This document shows positions 59,668 through 64,000 of a DNA stretch of 64,000 bases, piece after piece. The stretch lies in NCBI GenBank assembly GCA_047495785.1, contig JBLDXI010000017.1, positions 496,001-560,000 of the forward strand. The letters are read 5' to 3'. The number at the start of each line of letters is the position of its first letter. The first letter of the stretch is position 1. This stretch comes from Lepidodermella squamata (lineage: Eukaryota; Animalia; Gastrotricha). Under the pieces are notes generated by a model that searched no databases, was not told the DNA's origin, and saw nothing but the letters and a program-made list of their open reading frames with translations. Made by a program: the position numbers and the translations under genes.

Positions 59668-62600
59668 ATGGCTGAGCTGGATTTATTGTTTCAAACTAAT
59701 GTCAGCGTTGATACTGGACCAACAACAACAGCCGTCATGACTTTACTGCAAATTTTTCAGAGCCAAATGAACGCGTCATCATCGCTTCGAAACTCTTCCT
59801 ATCCAAGCTCAAAAAATGCGACGAATTACTACTCGAATCGGACGATTTACGGCAGTAAAACGGTTCATGACGATGACGACAGCCATGGCCATGGTCACGG
59901 CCACGGTTCATCGGATACGTGCTCTTCAAAACACGAAGGCTGTATCAGTGGTCTGTTGTTGCCAGCTTGGCAGCCGGTGAAAGATATCGATGAAATCACT
60001 CGAGCGTATCGGGCTGTTGTCTACATTCTAGCATTGGCCTATATGCTGTATGGAGTCAACATCATCACGGATCGACTTGTCTCAACGATTGAAGTTATCA
60101 TATCCGCTAAGCGGACTGTCAAAATTCAAAGTGATGGTGGGACTAAATTCGTAAAGGTAAATAAAAAATCCAGCTTAAATTTTATAAAATATCAATTTTT
60201 TTTTTAGAAAAAATTTTCATTTTCATTTTCGTGGTCAGACTTTTCAGCAGTGACACTTCAGCAAATGAGGTCAAATCAGCAGTTACGTTTCATCAGTGAC
60301 ACCTTGTCACTAAAAAATTCATAAAATCAACTAAAATCAACTCATCAATTTTTATTTATTTATCACGGGCACTTTTTGAACTTAACTTTAATGCATAGCA
60401 TAGTCCCTCTGCTGAATACGGCTGAAATTCAATTGACGAAAAATGTCTCCGCTGAAATGTCACTGCGCAAATGTCACTGAGATGAAAGTAATAAATTTGA
60501 AAGAAATATTCGACAAATTAACAAAAATCACTGCTGACTTGTTACTGATGATTTGTCTCTGCGCAAATGTCGCAGCTCAAATGTCACTTGCTCATTTGTC
60601 ACTGATGATAAGTCACTGATGATGTGATCCTCATTTGCTGAAATGTCACTGCTGAAAAGTCGTACAACTTTTAATTTTAATTAATTTTAATTTTAATTTT
60701 TAGGTTCCATTGTGGCATCCTGTTGTAGCCACCCTAACCGTATTCGTTATTGGCGCTTCTGCAGCCGAAATTTTCCTACCAACAATTGAAATTATAAAAC
60801 ATGGCTTCGAGACTGACGAATTAGGGCCGTCTTTGATAGTCGGCTCCGGAGCTTATCACCTGTTCCTCATCACTGGCCTGTGTATGATGAGTGTTAAAGA
60901 AACTGTCGGCAAGCCGATAGAAGATCTACACGTGTTTTTCGTCTCAACTGCTTTCGCCATTATTGCCTATTTGTGGCTCTACTTGCTAGCCGAACAAATT
61001 TCACCCGGAATCATCGAACTATGGGAAGCGCTCGTCACGGTAAAAAAAAACTTCTAATAAAAAAAAATATGTCCCCTAAAATTCAATAAAAAAAATGTGT
61101 TTGGATCATTTTCAAAAACTAATTTCTAAAATTTCTAAAAATTGAAATTTCAATTTATTTTGCCCCAATTCGGGTTCGATCTTGCCGAAATTAGGAAACC
61201 TCGATTAGTCCTGATTAGCTTGGACGTTATTTGAACCTAAACGTCATCAATTTTCTAAATATTTAATCCGGATAATTCTCTATAATTAAAAAGCTGGCGC
61301 TATTTCCGGGCATTGTTATCGTGGCTTGGATTGTCGAGCGGCGCCTGATTGCCATTCTATTCCGGCGCATTTGCTGTATGGCGAAACTGCCGGGGACAAG
61401 TTCTCATCTAGACGGCATCACAGACGTTGCCGGCTCGTCTATGGTCGAGCAGGAGCGGAGGCGGCGCCTCGGCGACCTACTTAAAGAGCTCAAAGCCGCT
61501 CATCCCGAGAAATCTCAAATTGAATTAGAAGAAATGGCTCAGGTGAATCATAGGGGCATTTTGAATTAATTTTAAATTTTTTTAAATTTGTTTTCAGCTC
61601 AAATTGCTGGAAGCTGCTCCTAAAGGAGCGGCGTTCTACCGTATGCAAGCTTCAAAAGCGAGCAGTGGTGGTGGAGCTGTGATATCAAAAGACAAAATCA
61701 AAAAGCGATTGGTAAAAAAATAATTTTCTGATAAAAATCTGGCCTTAAAACTTAATTTTCATTTCATTTTTTTTCGAATAATTATTTCACTAATTTTTTA
61801 TTTGTATTGATTGATTAGGATGACATACGAGTATGTTTTATGAGGGCCTAATTAAAGCGTAGTATTAGTTGAAATTCTCTATTTTTTTCTTTTCGTTTCT
61901 CACCTTGGATTCGAAAAATATGTTCACTCAATTTTCCATTGGATGCTGAAACTTTCCCGAAATGTCCCCTACAGCCCAAGGAAATTTCATTTTAGTTGCA
62001 TGATACCCTGAAGTATGTAGAATAATTCTCGTAATTAGCTTCGTAGCCTGATAACTGGAAAAATACCGGAACTTCACATTTAGGTGGGCACTTGGCAGAT
62101 CCATGAAAAAAGTTATAATCAAATTTTAATTAGTGACCAATAGCCTTTTTAGCTGAGGAATTTCTTCCCTTAAAATGTTACTCTACAAAGGTCATAGAGA
62201 AAAAAGTGACTCAATTTTTTCCCCTATCCCATATCGGTACCGGTTAGTCGAACCAAGTCGAACTAGTTTCAGCTTGCTCGAACCTAGCCGAACCTAGCCG
62301 AAGCTATTTTAGCTTGGTCGAACCTAGCCGAAGCTTTTTTAGCTTGGTCGAACCTTTCGACACCAGATGGTCGAACCTATAATCTAACGTCTTGAGATGT
62401 GGTCAAACTTTTTCGGGCGTGGAAGAACTTGGCCGAACAATTTTCGACATATAAAAATTGCCGTCCGAATCGTTGGCCGAGCCAAGCCGAACATTTTGTT
62501 CGACATTGTTCCTAGAATAGTTCTAGGAAGTCCTCCTTATGACCTAGAATAGGTTATAATCCTCACCTTATTGAGCAGCAAATAGCACGCTTAATTATAG

Positions 62601-64000
62601 GTCCTAGGTCTATAATATCTATTAGGTTTATACGAACTTCAGTTTAGGAAGAAACCAAATAATTTTCATAATTTACCAGTCAAATAATCACTATAAATGT
62701 TTATATCCTCGAATTTATTTGCAGCAACAAGAACATCACGAAGCAGACGAGAGGAAAAGCGAATATCACGACCCGAACGCGCAATACGTCGGGTTCATTG
62801 AAGCGAAACACACGTGCATCGAAAGCTGCGGCGCCTACGTGCTGACAATCGAACGAACCGGCGGCGGCATCGAAGACACCGTCCTAGAGGTCGACTACAC
62901 AACCGCCGATGGGACATCGATAGCTGCTAGTGATTATGAAGAAACAAAAGGCACTCTCATCTTCTCATTGGGCCAAAAAACGGCCGAAATTTCTGTCACC
63001 ATCATCGATGACGATGAATTTGAGGAGGATAAGGAATTTTATGTCCGGCTGTCGAATCCTAGGCTGACGTATAGCAAACACCCTGCAGTCACCCTACATG
63101 TCCCTGAGATGAACGGCAAGAAACGGGCGTCTCAGTCTGAAAGTAGGCGGACTTCGTCGAGCTTGAAACCATCGTCCGGTTCAAACAGCCGGCGGCCAAG
63201 TCACGCTCCATTTCCTTTCGTCGGCGAAGACCACGAATATTTCGTCAGCCTTTCAGTACCTGAAGCAACTGTGATGATACTAGACGACGACCACTGCGGC
63301 ATTTTCCACTTTGAAGGCCCCGAATCGGCGATTCCTGATAACATAGGAATCGCGCATATCAAGGTAATTAGGTCAACAGGTGCGAGGGGCCGGGTTAAAG
63401 TCCCGTTCCGGGTCAACCCTGGTACGGCTAAGGAGACGGAGGACTACATCCCGCCAACGGAACAGGAGTTAATTTTCGAAAACAACCAACCCGAAGCGTC
63501 GATTCCGGTTGAAATCGTTGATGCGAATCGGGTCGGCGAGTTGTTTACATTTTTCATCGAATTATTCGACCCGGTTATTATGACGCAACCTCCCGCTAAC
63601 CCGGCTGGCAATCCGTCCCTAGGCGATCCTAAGGTGATAAAACTCGGCATTTGTGAAGACCACGAACTGACCGAGGCCTTGGACCGGTTACTTAAAGTTG
63701 GCGATATGGCTGAGCTTATTTCATCCACAACATGGCTGGACCAGTTTAAGGAGGCGTTTCAAATATCATTCGACAGCGATAATGAAGACGGCAGCGAAGA
63801 TGAGGACGAAGAAACGCCTAGTCGTAGTGAAAACAGCGGAGAAAATGGCAAGAGCAAATGTTCGAAGTGTAGATCTCATTGCGGCAAAGTGAAAACGGTT
63901 CTACTGTGGGCGATTTCGCTGCCGTGGAAGCTGATTGCGGCGGCGTTGCCTCCAGCGCGTTACCTTGGCGGGTGGTTGGCGTTCGTTCTACTTCTTGGCC
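59668..64000 (+). CDS. NCX/SLC8-like paralogue G, 3'-incomplete in this window
   Basis: N-terminal His-rich segment, IGASAAEIFLP...GSGAYH, Calx-beta IIDDDEFEED/ILDDDHCG, and SLPWKL near the window end. Start uncertain. Confidence 0.9.
60238..60661. mobile_element. Inverted-repeat MITE with CAGTGACA/TGTCACTG subrepeats in NCX-G intron
   Basis: gacttttcagcagtgacacttcagcaaatgagg versus cctcatttgctgaaatgtcactgctgaaaagtc. Confidence 0.8.
62245..62510. repeat. Degenerate tandem repeats (tcgaacctagccgaa-like) in NCX-G intron
   Basis: Directly visible ~10-bp subunits; probably MITE-internal. Confidence 0.6.

Overview
Intron-rich, AT-rich eukaryotic DNA, probably from an invertebrate animal; many GT-AG introns are only ~45-60 bp and the taxon cannot be determined from sequence alone. 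The window is mostly a tandem cluster of seven divergent Na+/Ca2+ exchanger (NCX/SLC8, CaCA superfamily) paralogues (A-G; G runs off the right edge). Their alpha-1/alpha-2 ion-binding signatures are rewritten in every copy (e.g. N->H/K/Q in TM3, GTS->GMG in TM7), and one copy looks transport-dead although its frame is intact. Interleaved with them are: three two-exon SABATH-type (Methyltransf_7) methyltransferases, one of them chimeric; a multi-exon ankyrin gene; a small secreted PAN/apple-like gene; and a pseudokinase spliced to a single exon of 27 ankyrin repeats, 24 of them near-identical and varying mainly at the DARPin target-binding positions. Mobile DNA includes an apparently intact intron-containing pogo/Tigger element, a truncated TIR element with a 4-bp TSD, a LINE 3' fragment, a tRNA-derived SINE-like sequence, a Ulp1-protease relic and many MITEs. 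All exon boundaries were called by eye from splice consensus and protein continuity.
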